This document shows positions 13,854-25,267 of a DNA stretch of 33,593 nt, one piece after another. The notes beneath the pieces are model-generated. The model was not told where the DNA came from and did no database searches. It saw nothing but the letters and a program-made list of their open reading frames with translations. A program made the position numbers and the translations under genes. The stretch lies in the IMG/VR virus record IMGVR_UViG_3300017782_000093. One strand, given 5' to 3'. Every line of letters begins with the position of its first letter. The stretch's first letter is position 1. This stretch comes from a virus.

Positions 13854-14678
13854 TTAACCTAAAGCTATAGCTAATGCAACAGGGTCAGGTGCTGTGTTAG
13901 TTATCGTTACTGTATCAGTTGCACTTACTGATACCTGCATATTAGTACCTGCCGTTAATGTTAGTGTATTTCCATCTACTATTGTTTGTGATGTTGAGCC
14001 ATCTGTAATTGTAAAACTATTAAATGTACCACTACCTGCAGGGCCTGTTGCACCTGTTGCTCCTTGTGGTATTCCTAGTGTAAGCACACCTGTTGTAGAA
14101 TTATAAGAACCTGTAGCTGATGCACCTGCTGATAATGTTGTTGTAGTTACACCACCAGATATTGGAACAGCACTAGTTGTTACATTACCTGAACCATCAA
14201 ATGCAATAACCTTATTATTTCTGTCTGTAGGTATTGTTAATGTAGCACTAGGACTATGATCATTTAATTTTATTGTTCTATTTAATTTATCGTCGTGCTC
14301 GGCAAATATTGCTATGTTTTTATCTAATTCTGTATTTAATGCTGTTACATCAAATGTTCCATTAACAGGAAAATCTGTTGTTCTCTCTATATCTATTTCT
14401 CGTATAATTACTATTTTTTGTCCTGCAGTATGACCACTGCCAAATGTAATAGTTGCTCCTGTACCAAACTCATAAGCACTATCGCTTGACGAATTAGTAG
14501 CTGTTACTTTGTATGTTGTTGTAGTAGTAGGATTAGCATTGTATGTAGCTAACGAACCATCTACATATACTTTGAGATCAGCAATAGCAAAAAATTCAAA
14601 CGTAATAGTATATGTTGTTTGACTAGCTGTTGCAGTAAAACTGTGTCTAGGTGTATTTTGTGCTGACACTAATGTCAT
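13854..14678 (-). CDS. Tail fibre/adaptor protein with T7 gp17-like N-terminal domain
   Basis: YTITFEF....DLKVYVDG........Y......ITF......G.KIVIIREIDIERTTDFPVNGTFDVTALNTELD fits the T7 tail-fibre N-terminal (tail-attachment) pattern. Short collagen-like GATGATGPAGSG. It follows the gp16-like gene, as in T7. Confidence 0.75.
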   Translation of the reverse strand: MTLVSAQNTPRHSFTATASQTTYTITFEFFAIADLKVYVDGSLATYNANPTTTTTYKVTATNSSSDSAYEFGTGATITFGSGHTAGQKIVIIREIDIERTTDFPVNGTFDVTALNTELDKNIAIFAEHDDKLNRTIKLNDHSPSATLTIPTDRNNKVIAFDGSGNVTTSAVPISGGVTTTTLSAGASATGSYNSTTGVLTLGIPQGATGATGPAGSGTFNSFTITDGSTSQTIVDGNTLTLTAGTNMQVSVSATDTVTITNTAPDPVALAIALG

Positions 14679-17600
14679 TATATACCTCTTATTCCATCAT
14701 ATATGTTTTCAATCATATTACCTATAATGTAAGTATTTGACAATGGTAGCAGTCTTTTTATTGTGTCGTGTTTTTCTTCGTTAGTAAAATCACTACCACC
14801 TAATGCTCTACTTAAATCATAAACTGCGGCAGGGCCTGCGCCGATAATACTTGTAAAAGCATCGTGTTCATCTGCATCACCAAATCTTGGCTCTACACCT
14901 AATAAAGGTCTAAGTCCTACCGATTGTCCTGTAATACCACCACTCATTGTTTCCATTGTAAAGTTAAGATCACCAAGCAATGCCATAGTTCCTGACAACT
15001 CTACACCTCTAATAATTTTTTCTGTTGCTTCTTTATTTGCCCAATATTGTGGATTTTTTGCCCAATCTGCAAACATACCTAAACCAATCATTGTACTCAT
15101 TCCTGCCCACATATTTGCTCCCGCTTCTCTACCTTGTGTTGCAGATATTAAAACTTTTCCATTTGCTCCAAATGCCCAAGAATAAAATTGTGTTAGTAGC
15201 TGTAGTGGGGCTGAATTAATTTTAACTCCAAACTGTGTTCTGTCTACTTTACCTACAGAAATTATTTCTATAAATTTCCTAAACAATTTGTTTTCAAATA
15301 ATTGTGTAATACCTTCGTCATTTATTCTTATTACACCACTCATCATATTAGGTGCATCACCTGCAGTAGGTGTTACTATTGCTCTATCTACATCTGTTTT
15401 TATAGCTTTTGATAATACGTCTCTTGCTACAATACCACCATCATATTTATGCCACTCTGTCATATTTGCTAATAATCCCGGCAAGTTAGGGTCATCAGTT
15501 TTTATTTTTTCTATAGGCATACGAGCAATTACTTTTGCCATATCCTTGTCTATACCATATGACAAAAGACGATCTTGTTCTGCTTTAGATAATTTACCTT
15601 TACTCCATTTAATACTGTCTTCTAAAAATCTATGTATAGAAATCATACTATTAAATGTTTTGTAGTAATATGTCATAGGTTGTAAACCATTAAATGTAAA
15701 AAAATATTCTTGTGCTCTTTCTGCATATTGCCCAAAATATTTATCAAATACTCTACCAGACCTTGTTGCATCAAGCGTAATGCCACCTTCATAAACATAT
15801 CTATTAGTCATAGCTACAGCTAATTCTTGGAATGGAGCAAAATATCTAATGTCTTTTAAATTAGATTTGGCAAAACCATTTTGTGCATCAAATAAATTAT
15901 TTAAACCCATTCTAAATGTTTTTTGAAAACCATTAACCATAACAGGGCGACCTGCTTCAGGTAAAGCTGATAAGGCAACTTTACCCATATACGCAAGACT
16001 AATCATATTTCGTAGTGCTACAACTCCACGAGCAGTAAGAGCCGTAGGATCAGCACTATAGAATGTGCCTAAAAGTTTATCTTTTTCATCTTGAAAAGAG
16101 TTCATTACTTTATTTATTTCTGTTTTGTCCATTCCTGCTCTTAACATTTTTATTTCTAGGTGATTAAGAAAGTCTTTCATGTGAGTATCACCATAACGTC
16201 TAGTAAACTCTATTGCACCACCCATTCTTTGCGAATAACTTCTCATTACAAAATTAATATCTGTTTCTACAAATGGTGCAAATTCAGAAGGTGGTATATC
16301 AGTTTCTCGTGCTAATAAATTTTTAGAACCAATTTTACCTGCACCTGTATACGTTCTATCTATATTGTTAATACCTTCTATATCTTGAAATTTAGATTGT
16401 GTTTCTAAAATATATGTATAACGCCTTTCTACCTCTGCTCTAACAATTTCTTGGCGTTCATTAACAGGCACATTATCACCCTCAAATCTACTTATGTTAA
16501 AACCTTTATTAGGATATCCTTCTTCTCTTAATCTTGCTCTTGTAGTTATATACTTGCTTCCCGGAAAAGGTGCCTGCTCTATCATTTCTTCTACATTTCT
16601 TTGCAACATATCTTTTAATGCAGTTTCATTTTTTTTTACTTTTTCGTGATTAAATACTAATGGCATATAATCTTCTATTGTAGATTCTTTGCTTGGTAAA
16701 TTAGGAATATCTCTTTGTGCAAAATTAATATCTCGTTCTAATTCTAACTTTTTTTTTACTTGTGCTTTTTGTGTTGCAGACAAAGAATTTATAATTTTTG
16801 ATTTTTCTGTCATAAATGCCATAGGATCTGATCTTACACCTGCTGTAAAATATTCTTGCCTTTTTTCTGCAAGAAAATCATCTATTTCTTTTTTTAATGT
16901 TTGCCCTAAATCTTTATCTATTTCATTTTTAGCAAACTCAAATTTTCTTAATAATTGTGTTTGTGCACCCTGTGTTGCAAACATACCTAATCTGCTTGCT
17001 TCTTTATTATAAAAATTAAAAAATTGGTCTACTTCTTTTAACGAATTAACTACAGCTTTTTTTTCTTCACCTGTTAGTCTTGTTAAAATAGATTTATCTA
17101 ATCTAGCTTCTCCTACTAACTCAAAAAATTCTACCTTACTAAGATTACGAGGAGTTGCTGTTTTATTTCTTGCAAAAAAATTACCAACCTTTTTAGCTGT
17201 ATTTTTTGTAGCAATAACAAAACCTTTACCTCTTCTTTGCATATTAGACATAGACTCATCAAAACCATATAGTCTATGAAACTGATCTTCTATTTTAGCT
17301 ATATGTTGTATGTATCTAGCAAAATGTTTTACAGACAAATCCATTGCAACAGAACTTGGACTATGTACTCCTAATCTATTTGCCTCTAATATTGTTCCGT
17401 GATTACCTGTTATTTCGTATAACTTTCTTGCATAATAATTTTTGTCATCATCATTCATTTTTTTGTTAACGTATATGTTTTCTAAGCCTCGTCTAAGTGG
17501 ACTTGCTTTTTCTAGCGTGCCTAATAATACACCAACATCTGTTTTAAAATTTGCATTAGCAGGTCTTTGTACATAATCTATAGTCCACTCTGTTAATGCT

Positions 17601-18835
17601 TTTTGATATCCAATATCTGTTTTAAATTGTTTTGTTCTTGGTCTATATACTTTTTCACCTATTGCTCTTACAGCATTAAAGTGAAACCAATCTTCTTCTG
17701 TCTTTAACATACCTTCAGGTAATTTTACTTTTAATTTTCTAAATTGATCTAAATATAATTTATTAATCCATTGACCTTTAGCTACTCTTTCATCAAAATT
17801 TAAAACATTTGCTTTTACATCATAGTCTGCAACTTTAGAGAATGTTGCTATATCTTTTTCGTATTTAACAAAATCATCTGTTTGTTGAAGCAATCCTTTA
17901 ATTTGATCTTTTGTGTATATTGTATTATTACTATCTAAGTCCAAATTACTTTGTACATTAATTTTAGCTCGGCGTTTACCTTTTCTAGTTAAAGTTTTGC
18001 CGGGATTATTAAATCCTTTTTTGCCTTCCATTTTTTTAAAAACAATACCAGATACTGCATTTGTAGGATCAATATTAAAAACTGTTTCTCCTACATCAAA
18101 TTTTACAGTAGCTTTATTATATCCTTCATTATATTTTTCAATATGCTCTGTCATTGATTTGCCATTAAAAGACTTAGCATAAGCATCTTCAGGCATTGTT
18201 TTCTTTAATGCACCAACAGCACTACCTAACGCACCACCAAACAACATACTATATCCAACAGTAGCTACACCCTCACTCTTAGTCATAGTAGGATCAAGGT
18301 TATATCTAAGATACTGATTAGGTATTTCTGCCGCACCTATTTGTCCTGATGTTCTCATAAAGTTTTTTACTAACCCAACACCTTTAACACCAAATATAGG
18401 TATAAGAACTACAGGATCTATTATACCTGCACCCAAATGAGTAAAAAATCCTGCATCTGCTGTTCTTTCTCTACGCGCAGTATTTCTATCAATTTGATCT
18501 TTTATTATTTGTGTATGTATTGCATTTTTTGATTCTATAAATTGTTTGTAATTTGGCTCATAACCTTCTATGTCCATCATTGGTTCATAGTTAGGATCAA
18601 AATCTCCTGTTTCTCTACCAAACTTATATTTATCTACAAGTTGACCAACTGTATTTAACATAAACAAATCTACAAAATCACCTCTAAATGATTGATCATC
18701 TTGTGGTCTATGTATAAGAGTTTTAGGTTGAGCAACATCATCTAGTATTATAGATTCAGCAGTCTGTGAACCTAAATAACTTTTTTGTTCTGGATTTGGT
18801 AATTGTTCGGCACTTTCATATACATCTTTACTCAT
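14678..18835 (-). CDS. Large internal virion/ejection protein (gp16-like by size and position)
   Basis: 1385-aa ORF in the T7-like position between the gp15-like protein and the tail fibre. I saw no catalytic motif. Confidence 0.6.
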   Translation of the reverse strand: MSKDVYESAEQLPNPEQKSYLGSQTAESIILDDVAQPKTLIHRPQDDQSFRGDFVDLFMLNTVGQLVDKYKFGRETGDFDPNYEPMMDIEGYEPNYKQFIESKNAIHTQIIKDQIDRNTARRERTADAGFFTHLGAGIIDPVVLIPIFGVKGVGLVKNFMRTSGQIGAAEIPNQYLRYNLDPTMTKSEGVATVGYSMLFGGALGSAVGALKKTMPEDAYAKSFNGKSMTEHIEKYNEGYNKATVKFDVGETVFNIDPTNAVSGIVFKKMEGKKGFNNPGKTLTRKGKRRAKINVQSNLDLDSNNTIYTKDQIKGLLQQTDDFVKYEKDIATFSKVADYDVKANVLNFDERVAKGQWINKLYLDQFRKLKVKLPEGMLKTEEDWFHFNAVRAIGEKVYRPRTKQFKTDIGYQKALTEWTIDYVQRPANANFKTDVGVLLGTLEKASPLRRGLENIYVNKKMNDDDKNYYARKLYEITGNHGTILEANRLGVHSPSSVAMDLSVKHFARYIQHIAKIEDQFHRLYGFDESMSNMQRRGKGFVIATKNTAKKVGNFFARNKTATPRNLSKVEFFELVGEARLDKSILTRLTGEEKKAVVNSLKEVDQFFNFYNKEASRLGMFATQGAQTQLLRKFEFAKNEIDKDLGQTLKKEIDDFLAEKRQEYFTAGVRSDPMAFMTEKSKIINSLSATQKAQVKKKLELERDINFAQRDIPNLPSKESTIEDYMPLVFNHEKVKKNETALKDMLQRNVEEMIEQAPFPGSKYITTRARLREEGYPNKGFNISRFEGDNVPVNERQEIVRAEVERRYTYILETQSKFQDIEGINNIDRTYTGAGKIGSKNLLARETDIPPSEFAPFVETDINFVMRSYSQRMGGAIEFTRRYGDTHMKDFLNHLEIKMLRAGMDKTEINKVMNSFQDEKDKLLGTFYSADPTALTARGVVALRNMISLAYMGKVALSALPEAGRPVMVNGFQKTFRMGLNNLFDAQNGFAKSNLKDIRYFAPFQELAVAMTNRYVYEGGITLDATRSGRVFDKYFGQYAERAQEYFFTFNGLQPMTYYYKTFNSMISIHRFLEDSIKWSKGKLSKAEQDRLLSYGIDKDMAKVIARMPIEKIKTDDPNLPGLLANMTEWHKYDGGIVARDVLSKAIKTDVDRAIVTPTAGDAPNMMSGVIRINDEGITQLFENKLFRKFIEIISVGKVDRTQFGVKINSAPLQLLTQFYSWAFGANGKVLISATQGREAGANMWAGMSTMIGLGMFADWAKNPQYWANKEATEKIIRGVELSGTMALLGDLNFTMETMSGGITGQSVGLRPLLGVEPRFGDADEHDAFTSIIGAGPAAVYDLSRALGGSDFTNEEKHDTIKRLLPLSNTYIIGNMIENIYDGIRGI

Positions 18836-21239
18836 TTAATACACTCACAAAATTATTAAATGTTTCTATTTGTTCACGCAATGCACCACCCATATTTATT
18901 CTTTCTGCTACCTCTACTTTTTGTTCTATAGAAAGATCATTGTATTCATATTTATTTCTTGTACTAGTTCCCATTATTGCATTATTTGCATCATCACTAG
19001 CAACTTGATTATCTTTTAGTTTTCTAAATACATTAAAAGGATTAATTATAAGTGGTCCATCTTGTCCTATTCCTGTTAAAGATATACCACCATTAATACC
19101 TGTATCATCAATCATATGTACAGTATATCTTTCAAGAAGTGGTGATTCAGGTGCTGTAAATCTTCCTTGTTCAGATAATGGTATAACATATATAACATCT
19201 TTAATATCTTTCCATTTTCTTGGTTTTTGTCCCTTTGGTACTGTATCTAAATATGCTCTATACATTAAAGCATCTATATGTTTTGTTGTTATTTCTCCTG
19301 TATTTGGATTAATTAATTTATGATTTTCTATTGGATATTTAACTAATTGAGATTTAGTTCTATCTCCACTATTAGGTCCAAATAATGGTTTTGTATATTT
19401 GCTTACACCTATTTGCCCTGTACCTGCAAATCTAATTAATGTATCTTTTGCTATTTCTTTTAAATCACTTAATGAAGCATCTGGTCGTATTTTAGCTGAT
19501 ACAAATGTAGCTGTTTTAATATCATCAATAATTGATTGTGAATAAGCATCACTTTCAATTAAATTGCCACCAAACCTTCCTTCTGCAATTCCAAGTCCAA
19601 ATCTATTTATAGTTCCATCTACATCAAATATTGCTTTTTCTGCCGCTTCTTTTGCTCGCTGTTTAATAAGTGGTAACTTTTCTCCTGTAGCCGCTGATAA
19701 CTCTTTTAATCTTTCTTCTACTGTTGGCAAATCAAATACTGTTGCATCTAGTGGTATACCTATATTTGTTAGTGCATCTACTTTGTCTATAAATTTTAAA
19801 GCGTTTTCACTAAGATCAAGTCTACGAAATGTATTATCTTCTACACCCATTGCTACATCTCTATTCATAATTGTTTCAAGCACTTGTAAATTTCTATTCT
19901 GAAATATTTCTTTATCAATTCTTTTTTTGTAAACATTTGGAAAAAACCCAACTTTTTCAAACATTCGTAAATGCATTACATTTGTTGGATCAAAATCGTA
20001 ATTACCATTTAAAGTAAAACTTGGATCACTATTTTGTATTATTTTTTCTACTGCTTTAAGACCTTTAATTTGATTTGAAGGTTTTCCATTAAATAAACTT
20101 TCTAATGCAGAAGAATTGTATGTGCTTTCTTGAACTTGGTCTGGTGTAAGTGCTGATAATTGTGATGCAAATAAACTAGACTCATCATCTTCTATTAATG
20201 CATTAAGTGCTGAAACTCGTCCTGTAATATGTTTATTAAAGGCTTTAATTGTACTAGGTCGTAGTTCACCAAGATCATTATTAAATTGTTCTAAAGTTAT
20301 AGTCATATCAGGTTCTTTGACATCTGAGTTAGAATAAAACTTTACAGGTTGTCCTTTTAACAAAGATTGCATTGCTACCATATTATGCAAATATGCTTTT
20401 TGTCCTTTGACTGTTTGTCCATTAAGTTCCATAGGATTAATTAAGTTTCCATACTTTTCATAAAAAGTTAATAATGATTTATTTGCTTCAAGATTTCTTT
20501 CTGCAAACTTTGCTCCATAAGGAGAAGTTTTTTCCATTGTTTCTAAATTGTTAGTTTGCTCTAAAATATATTGTTTTGCTTTATTGTAAGAATTAGATTG
20601 TAGTGCTAAACCAATTTTTTGTGCAAACATATTATCCATTTCTTCAGCTTCGGCACTATTTTTTTCTACTTGTAATTTTTGATAATATGCATCAATACTA
20701 TTAGCGTGTTGTGCCTGTATCTCTTGCATAGTAACATCAAGTATTGGCTTATATGAATTTGGCAGTTGCTTTGCGTATGTTTCAACAATAGGTGCCATTA
20801 ATCCATTAAAATCATCAGATGTACCTCCTATGTCATACTTAATCTTATTAGCAATATTCATTGCTTCTTTATCTAATTCTAAACCAATCTGTGCTTTAGC
20901 TTTTGATATGGCAAAGTTATCAAATAACTTAACTGCTTCGTCTGTAAAAAAAAGTGGTCTGTTTATTGGTTTTGGTCTTTTTATATTTTGAATTTTACCA
21001 TCATCATCTTGTATCTCTACTTCTTCAAATTCAACAGCAAAATCATCTATAGCAGACTTTGCTCTTGCCTTATCAACTTCTTTACCAACACCTGCTATAC
21101 TTTGCACAAGTTTAGCTTCAGCATCCTTTTCAAGTTCTGCCGCTTGTCCAAATGCTCGTGATATTGCTCTACCACCTGATTGATCAACAACTCTAATTTG
21201 TGGTGCATATTGTATCTGTCTTTTATATTCTTCAGCCAT
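18828..21239 (-). CDS. Internal virion protein (gp15-like by position)
   Basis: 803-aa ORF. 8-nt overlap with the downstream gene. Called on synteny only. Confidence 0.55.
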   Translation of the reverse strand: MAEEYKRQIQYAPQIRVVDQSGGRAISRAFGQAAELEKDAEAKLVQSIAGVGKEVDKARAKSAIDDFAVEFEEVEIQDDDGKIQNIKRPKPINRPLFFTDEAVKLFDNFAISKAKAQIGLELDKEAMNIANKIKYDIGGTSDDFNGLMAPIVETYAKQLPNSYKPILDVTMQEIQAQHANSIDAYYQKLQVEKNSAEAEEMDNMFAQKIGLALQSNSYNKAKQYILEQTNNLETMEKTSPYGAKFAERNLEANKSLLTFYEKYGNLINPMELNGQTVKGQKAYLHNMVAMQSLLKGQPVKFYSNSDVKEPDMTITLEQFNNDLGELRPSTIKAFNKHITGRVSALNALIEDDESSLFASQLSALTPDQVQESTYNSSALESLFNGKPSNQIKGLKAVEKIIQNSDPSFTLNGNYDFDPTNVMHLRMFEKVGFFPNVYKKRIDKEIFQNRNLQVLETIMNRDVAMGVEDNTFRRLDLSENALKFIDKVDALTNIGIPLDATVFDLPTVEERLKELSAATGEKLPLIKQRAKEAAEKAIFDVDGTINRFGLGIAEGRFGGNLIESDAYSQSIIDDIKTATFVSAKIRPDASLSDLKEIAKDTLIRFAGTGQIGVSKYTKPLFGPNSGDRTKSQLVKYPIENHKLINPNTGEITTKHIDALMYRAYLDTVPKGQKPRKWKDIKDVIYVIPLSEQGRFTAPESPLLERYTVHMIDDTGINGGISLTGIGQDGPLIINPFNVFRKLKDNQVASDDANNAIMGTSTRNKYEYNDLSIEQKVEVAERINMGGALREQIETFNNFVSVLNE

Positions 21240-21241
21240 AT

Positions 21242-21730
21242 TTACAAGTCCGCTATCTTAAATCCAAGTCCTATTGCTTCACCAACTGCATCTCCTGCTG
21301 ATGCCCATAGTCTTGTTCGTCTTGCTGATAATTGTGCTTGCCCTCTTATTCCTGCCGCTTGTCCTTCCATAACAGCTTGTCTTGCTCCAAGCATAGCATT
21401 ATTAGCCCGTTCCATTCCCATTAGTCTAGCATTATTTACATCTTTACTTGTTGCTTTTTTATTTGCTTGTAAAAACGCACCATAACTTGGTGAATTTATT
21501 TCTACACCACTAGCACTAAATGCTGCTAAGTTTTTTTTTTTAAGTTTTTGTGCTTGCTCTTTAATATCATTTGCTCTTTGTTGTGCCGCTAACATTTCTG
21601 CTTTTGATTGTTCTTCGTATTGCTTTTTCTTTTCCATAGCCATACGTTGCTCCATTTCCATTTGAGCCTTTATATATTTAGATTCATCACTAAATAAGTT
21701 GCCAAAAAAACCTAGTATTGCACCACACAT
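21242..21730 (-). CDS. Internal virion protein (gp14-like by position)
   Basis: 162 aa. Coiled-coil centre and Gly/Ala-rich C-terminus. It follows the tail tubular B-like gene. Confidence 0.5.
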   Translation of the reverse strand: MCGAILGFFGNLFSDESKYIKAQMEMEQRMAMEKKKQYEEQSKAEMLAAQQRANDIKEQAQKLKKKNLAAFSASGVEINSPSYGAFLQANKKATSKDVNNARLMGMERANNAMLGARQAVMEGQAAGIRGQAQLSARRTRLWASAGDAVGEAIGLGFKIADL

Positions 21731-24351
21731 TAGTAATATACCTCCGAAGTTATTGCTACAATACGCATAGGTACAGGAACAGTTTGTGAAATTGTAACAT
21801 TGGGTGTTTGTGAATACCCAAGTGTATGTATATCTTTCTTACCTGTAAATCCTATCATTTGTAATCCATTATCATTAAGCAATACATCATTTCCATTTAC
21901 TTGTAAATTATATGTTTTCGATAATTCTAATATAGTTTTACCTATTTTTCTAGGTAAACCATAGGTAGATCCTAAACCTCTTACAGGTTGGACTGAATCC
22001 ATTGGTAATGTTTCTATTTCTACTGTATATGTTAATCCTATATCACAAGCACTTGCAGGTAAGTCAAAGTTTGCTACACCACTTGCACTTACTATTGATG
22101 AGCCATAATACCTAATATTGTCGTCTTCATTTGATCCTGATGTAGCATGCACTGTTTTTGCTGTTAAATCTGGATTTGTATCTAGTCCTGTAAATACTCT
22201 ACTTGTCGTAAACTCTATAGTTGCATTATCAGATGCTGATACAGATTGATCAATAATAACTATATATTCTCCTGACACACCTGTAGCATTTACACTTTGT
22301 ATAGTATATTCTGTTGATCCTGATGCTATTTTAATTTTTTCGCCAGATGTTGGTGCATTATTAAATCCATCTAAGGTAAGTTGTTTTGATGATGTAACAG
22401 CACCATTAACCAATACTGTTCCGTGTGGTTGATAAGAAGCACTTATAGTTTTACTTACAGAGCAATCTGTAGGCAAAGCATATTGTGAATTAGCTATTTG
22501 CTCTAGATAATATTTTGTTGCACCATCAATCGTTCTTTTTACAACAACATACAAAAATGATGTTGTTCCGGCTGTTGATTCAAAATTTCCATCAGTTTCC
22601 CATACTACCCATCCTGCTAGTTTTTCTTGTCTTTGCGCAGAAAAAACACCAAGAGTTCCATTGTCATTAGCAAATATAATCATCTGTTCTGTTTTCTTAC
22701 CTGTTGATTTTATAATACCTGTATCTGTTGGATTTGATACCGCTTGTGGTGAAAGAAAAGTAATAACAGTAGGTACATAATCTTCTGTTGCTGTATTGTA
22801 AAAAAACTCTCTAACAGTTTTTCCATTAGGTTGTATAAATATTGCCGCTCCATCAAACAATCGTGGCATACACGTTTGTGTACAACCTAAACTACTTTGT
22901 CTTTCTATTCGTAAATCGGCAGGCGTTAGTGGTCTTCCTGTCTGTGGTTTTAAATAAAACTCACCTGTGCTTGTAAATATTTCTAAATGTTTACCTGCAA
23001 TAATATGTCTTATTTCATTTATTTGATCTGATGATATAGATATTTGTATTGAGTCTGTATCTTCACCCTCACCTACATCAAAATTAAAGAAGTCAGCTAC
23101 TTTACTACTTGCTATAAAATCACTTATTGCTCCTCCTGCAAAAAATAATCTTTGTTGATGAAACTTACAAGTTGTTGGGAAGCCGTTAATATTACTATAG
23201 ACCTGTTCGTCCCACGCTCGTGTTGGTGGATGAGCAATAATTTTTACGCTTGTTCCACCACCATCTCCAGAATCTCCTCCTGTATCACTAGAGTCAGCTT
23301 CAAATGTATATCTATCGTCATCCAATACTGTTATTGTTTTGCTACCATTTAAATTTGCCGCTGTTATTCCATTACCATCTTCATTTAAAATAGCTTCAGC
23401 ACCCTCTACTTCTATTGTAGCACTACTTGTAAACCCATGTTGTGGATGCAAAACAGTTACTGTGCTATCTCCTTCTTCTGTTTTAAATGGATCATCATCA
23501 AGCTCAATCTTAACATCTGCTTGTAATCTTCCTCGCATAACTGTTGTCGATGTATATGTATCTAATAATATTTCTATGCCGTGATATCGTATAGTTTTAT
23601 TTACATAACTTGATGTCCAATATGCACTACTTGCTGTAACTATAACATATGAATCAACTGTACCTGTACCACTTGATGAGGTACCATCTGATGTAGATGT
23701 AAATTGTACACCTACAGTATTAGATGCGGCACCTAAAGCTGTAAAATCTGTTGTGCCTACAGTTTTAATTACATATGTAGTTCCTGTTAATATATTTTCT
23801 GCAGTAATATCATCTGCACTTTTTGCAGTAGAATCTATATCAATAGTAATATCATCATCTGCAAACTTAAAATAAGGTTGAAATATTTTTTCACTATTTG
23901 TTGAAGTTTTAAAAGCAAAATCTTCTTTAGTAAATGTAGTTGCTCCTGTTCTTTTTATAATTGTTGGTGCAAAATTTTTATGTGTAATAATCATTGTATC
24001 AGCTTGTTGTGTATATGTAAGTTCAAATAACTCTGCTGTCACCCAAGAACAACCTGTTATAGTTTGCAGTAATACACCTGCTGTACTAAATATTAATAGT
24101 TTTGTATTTTGAAATCCTAATATATATTCTTGATTTTCGTTAAATATAAATGGCTCTATTCTAGTTTGTGCTCCTAAATCATATCTAAATAATGTGCCTT
24201 GTCTTCTTTCTATCGGGCCTTGGTTAAGACAAAAAACATTTCTTGCTCTTTTTAATGCTTGTTGAAATGCACCAAGATCAGTTCGTGCTATAAGGGTTTC
24301 GTCTACTTCGCCACGAGTAAAACTATTCTGGTGTACTCTCTGTGTTGCCAT
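21730..24351 (-). CDS. Tail tubular protein B / nozzle (gp12-like)
   Basis: 873-aa ORF immediately after the gp11-like gene. Size and position are typical of podovirus nozzle proteins. Confidence 0.6.
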   Translation of the reverse strand: MATQRVHQNSFTRGEVDETLIARTDLGAFQQALKRARNVFCLNQGPIERRQGTLFRYDLGAQTRIEPFIFNENQEYILGFQNTKLLIFSTAGVLLQTITGCSWVTAELFELTYTQQADTMIITHKNFAPTIIKRTGATTFTKEDFAFKTSTNSEKIFQPYFKFADDDITIDIDSTAKSADDITAENILTGTTYVIKTVGTTDFTALGAASNTVGVQFTSTSDGTSSSGTGTVDSYVIVTASSAYWTSSYVNKTIRYHGIEILLDTYTSTTVMRGRLQADVKIELDDDPFKTEEGDSTVTVLHPQHGFTSSATIEVEGAEAILNEDGNGITAANLNGSKTITVLDDDRYTFEADSSDTGGDSGDGGGTSVKIIAHPPTRAWDEQVYSNINGFPTTCKFHQQRLFFAGGAISDFIASSKVADFFNFDVGEGEDTDSIQISISSDQINEIRHIIAGKHLEIFTSTGEFYLKPQTGRPLTPADLRIERQSSLGCTQTCMPRLFDGAAIFIQPNGKTVREFFYNTATEDYVPTVITFLSPQAVSNPTDTGIIKSTGKKTEQMIIFANDNGTLGVFSAQRQEKLAGWVVWETDGNFESTAGTTSFLYVVVKRTIDGATKYYLEQIANSQYALPTDCSVSKTISASYQPHGTVLVNGAVTSSKQLTLDGFNNAPTSGEKIKIASGSTEYTIQSVNATGVSGEYIVIIDQSVSASDNATIEFTTSRVFTGLDTNPDLTAKTVHATSGSNEDDNIRYYGSSIVSASGVANFDLPASACDIGLTYTVEIETLPMDSVQPVRGLGSTYGLPRKIGKTILELSKTYNLQVNGNDVLLNDNGLQMIGFTGKKDIHTLGYSQTPNVTISQTVPVPMRIVAITSEVYY

Positions 24352-24354
24352 TCA

Positions 24355-24972
24355 TCAACTACTACTACTTGGTACACTTGCCCTTATACCATTTGCAGTA
24401 CCTCTGTTTCTAACTTCAATTAATAAACTTGTATTAAGTTTTCTTGTAGTTTGTGTTTGTGATTCCATACTTCGAGCAACTACTAATTGTTGTCTTGCTC
24501 TTTTTTCGTATAAAAGTGATAATTGATCATTTCTTGCTATTGCTCCTGCAAATAAACTAGCAAGTTCAAATACAACAGATTGCGTAAAATAATCTGGAAA
24601 CTCTGCTTCGTGTGGCTGATATGTATAATGACATACTACAACATCACTTGAACTTGTATTTGTAAATAACTCTTCACCATATCTATCAAAAACTATAACA
24701 TTATCTGATACTGTAACTGTATGTATAAGAATAGCATCATTCGGAATTTGATATGCTGAATCCCATTTATCTAAAGGATCTATAGAAAGTTTTGAAAGTT
24801 GTTGTTGTTTTGTTGCAAATCGCCATCGTGCTTTTGTAAGTAATGCTCGCAATGTTGTTTCATATAATTGATTTGCAACCTTACTTTCAACTGTATTATC
24901 AGTAAATGATGCAATAGTATTTGCACCTATTAAAACTAAACCTTGATTACATATATCTATTTTACTTACCAT
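24355..24972 (-). CDS. Tail tubular protein A / adaptor (gp11-like)
   Basis: 205 aa. The N-terminus ..ICNQGLVLIGANTIASF.D.T.ES..ANQLYETTLRALLTKARWRFA resembles the conserved start of gp11-type adaptors. Synteny supports the call. Confidence 0.65.
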   Translation of the reverse strand: MVSKIDICNQGLVLIGANTIASFTDNTVESKVANQLYETTLRALLTKARWRFATKQQQLSKLSIDPLDKWDSAYQIPNDAILIHTVTVSDNVIVFDRYGEELFTNTSSSDVVVCHYTYQPHEAEFPDYFTQSVVFELASLFAGAIARNDQLSLLYEKRARQQLVVARSMESQTQTTRKLNTSLLIEVRNRGTANGIRASVPSSSS

Positions 24973-24984
24973 AATTTAAATATC

Positions 24985-25002
24985 GGGGGAGTTGTCTCCC
25001 CC
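24985..25002 (-). terminator. GC hairpin after the capsid genes (possible attenuating terminator)
   Basis: Minus strand reads GGGGGAG-ACAA-CTCCCCC followed by GATATTTAAATT. 7-bp GC stem between CDS 25009..25257 and 24355..24972. The tail is only partly U-rich. Confidence 0.45.
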
Positions 25003-25008
25003 AATACC

Positions 25009-25257
25009 CTATGTACCATTAATAGTGGTTACAGTAGCCGCCGCCGTTGCACTTGATACAACAACAACATCTACTGTTCTTGTGCCACCTGTAGCTCCAA
25101 CAGCAATGATTACATCATTCTGATGAAGTTGATTAGTAGCATTGTTAAAATATCCAGATCCTACAATAGTACCTATAGCATCTGCAGAGTTGTAGAGAAA
25201 TACATTTTGATCTCCACCACCTGCAATCTTTTTTAAGTTTGCTTGAGTAAAAGCCAT
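25009..25257 (-). CDS. Small capsid-adjacent protein (possible decoration/cement protein)
   Basis: 82 aa with SD AGGAGA, immediately downstream of the major capsid gene, as in BPP-1-like modules. The function is inferred from position only. Confidence 0.4.
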   Translation of the reverse strand: MAFTQANLKKIAGGGDQNVFLYNSADAIGTIVGSGYFNNATNQLHQNDVIIAVGATGGTRTVDVVVVSSATAAATVTTINGT

Positions 25258-25267
25258 TAGTTTTCTC

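Noticed and set aside
13894-23584. Numerous 60-125-aa antisense ORFs inside the large virion genes (e.g. 13894..14106, 15288..15665, 16689..17012, 17913..18182, 19564..19902, 21180..21485, 23339..23584)
   Set aside because: All lie wholly within long, tightly coupled minus-strand structural genes. They lack SD sequences and have Leu/Ser/Phe-rich shadow-frame composition.
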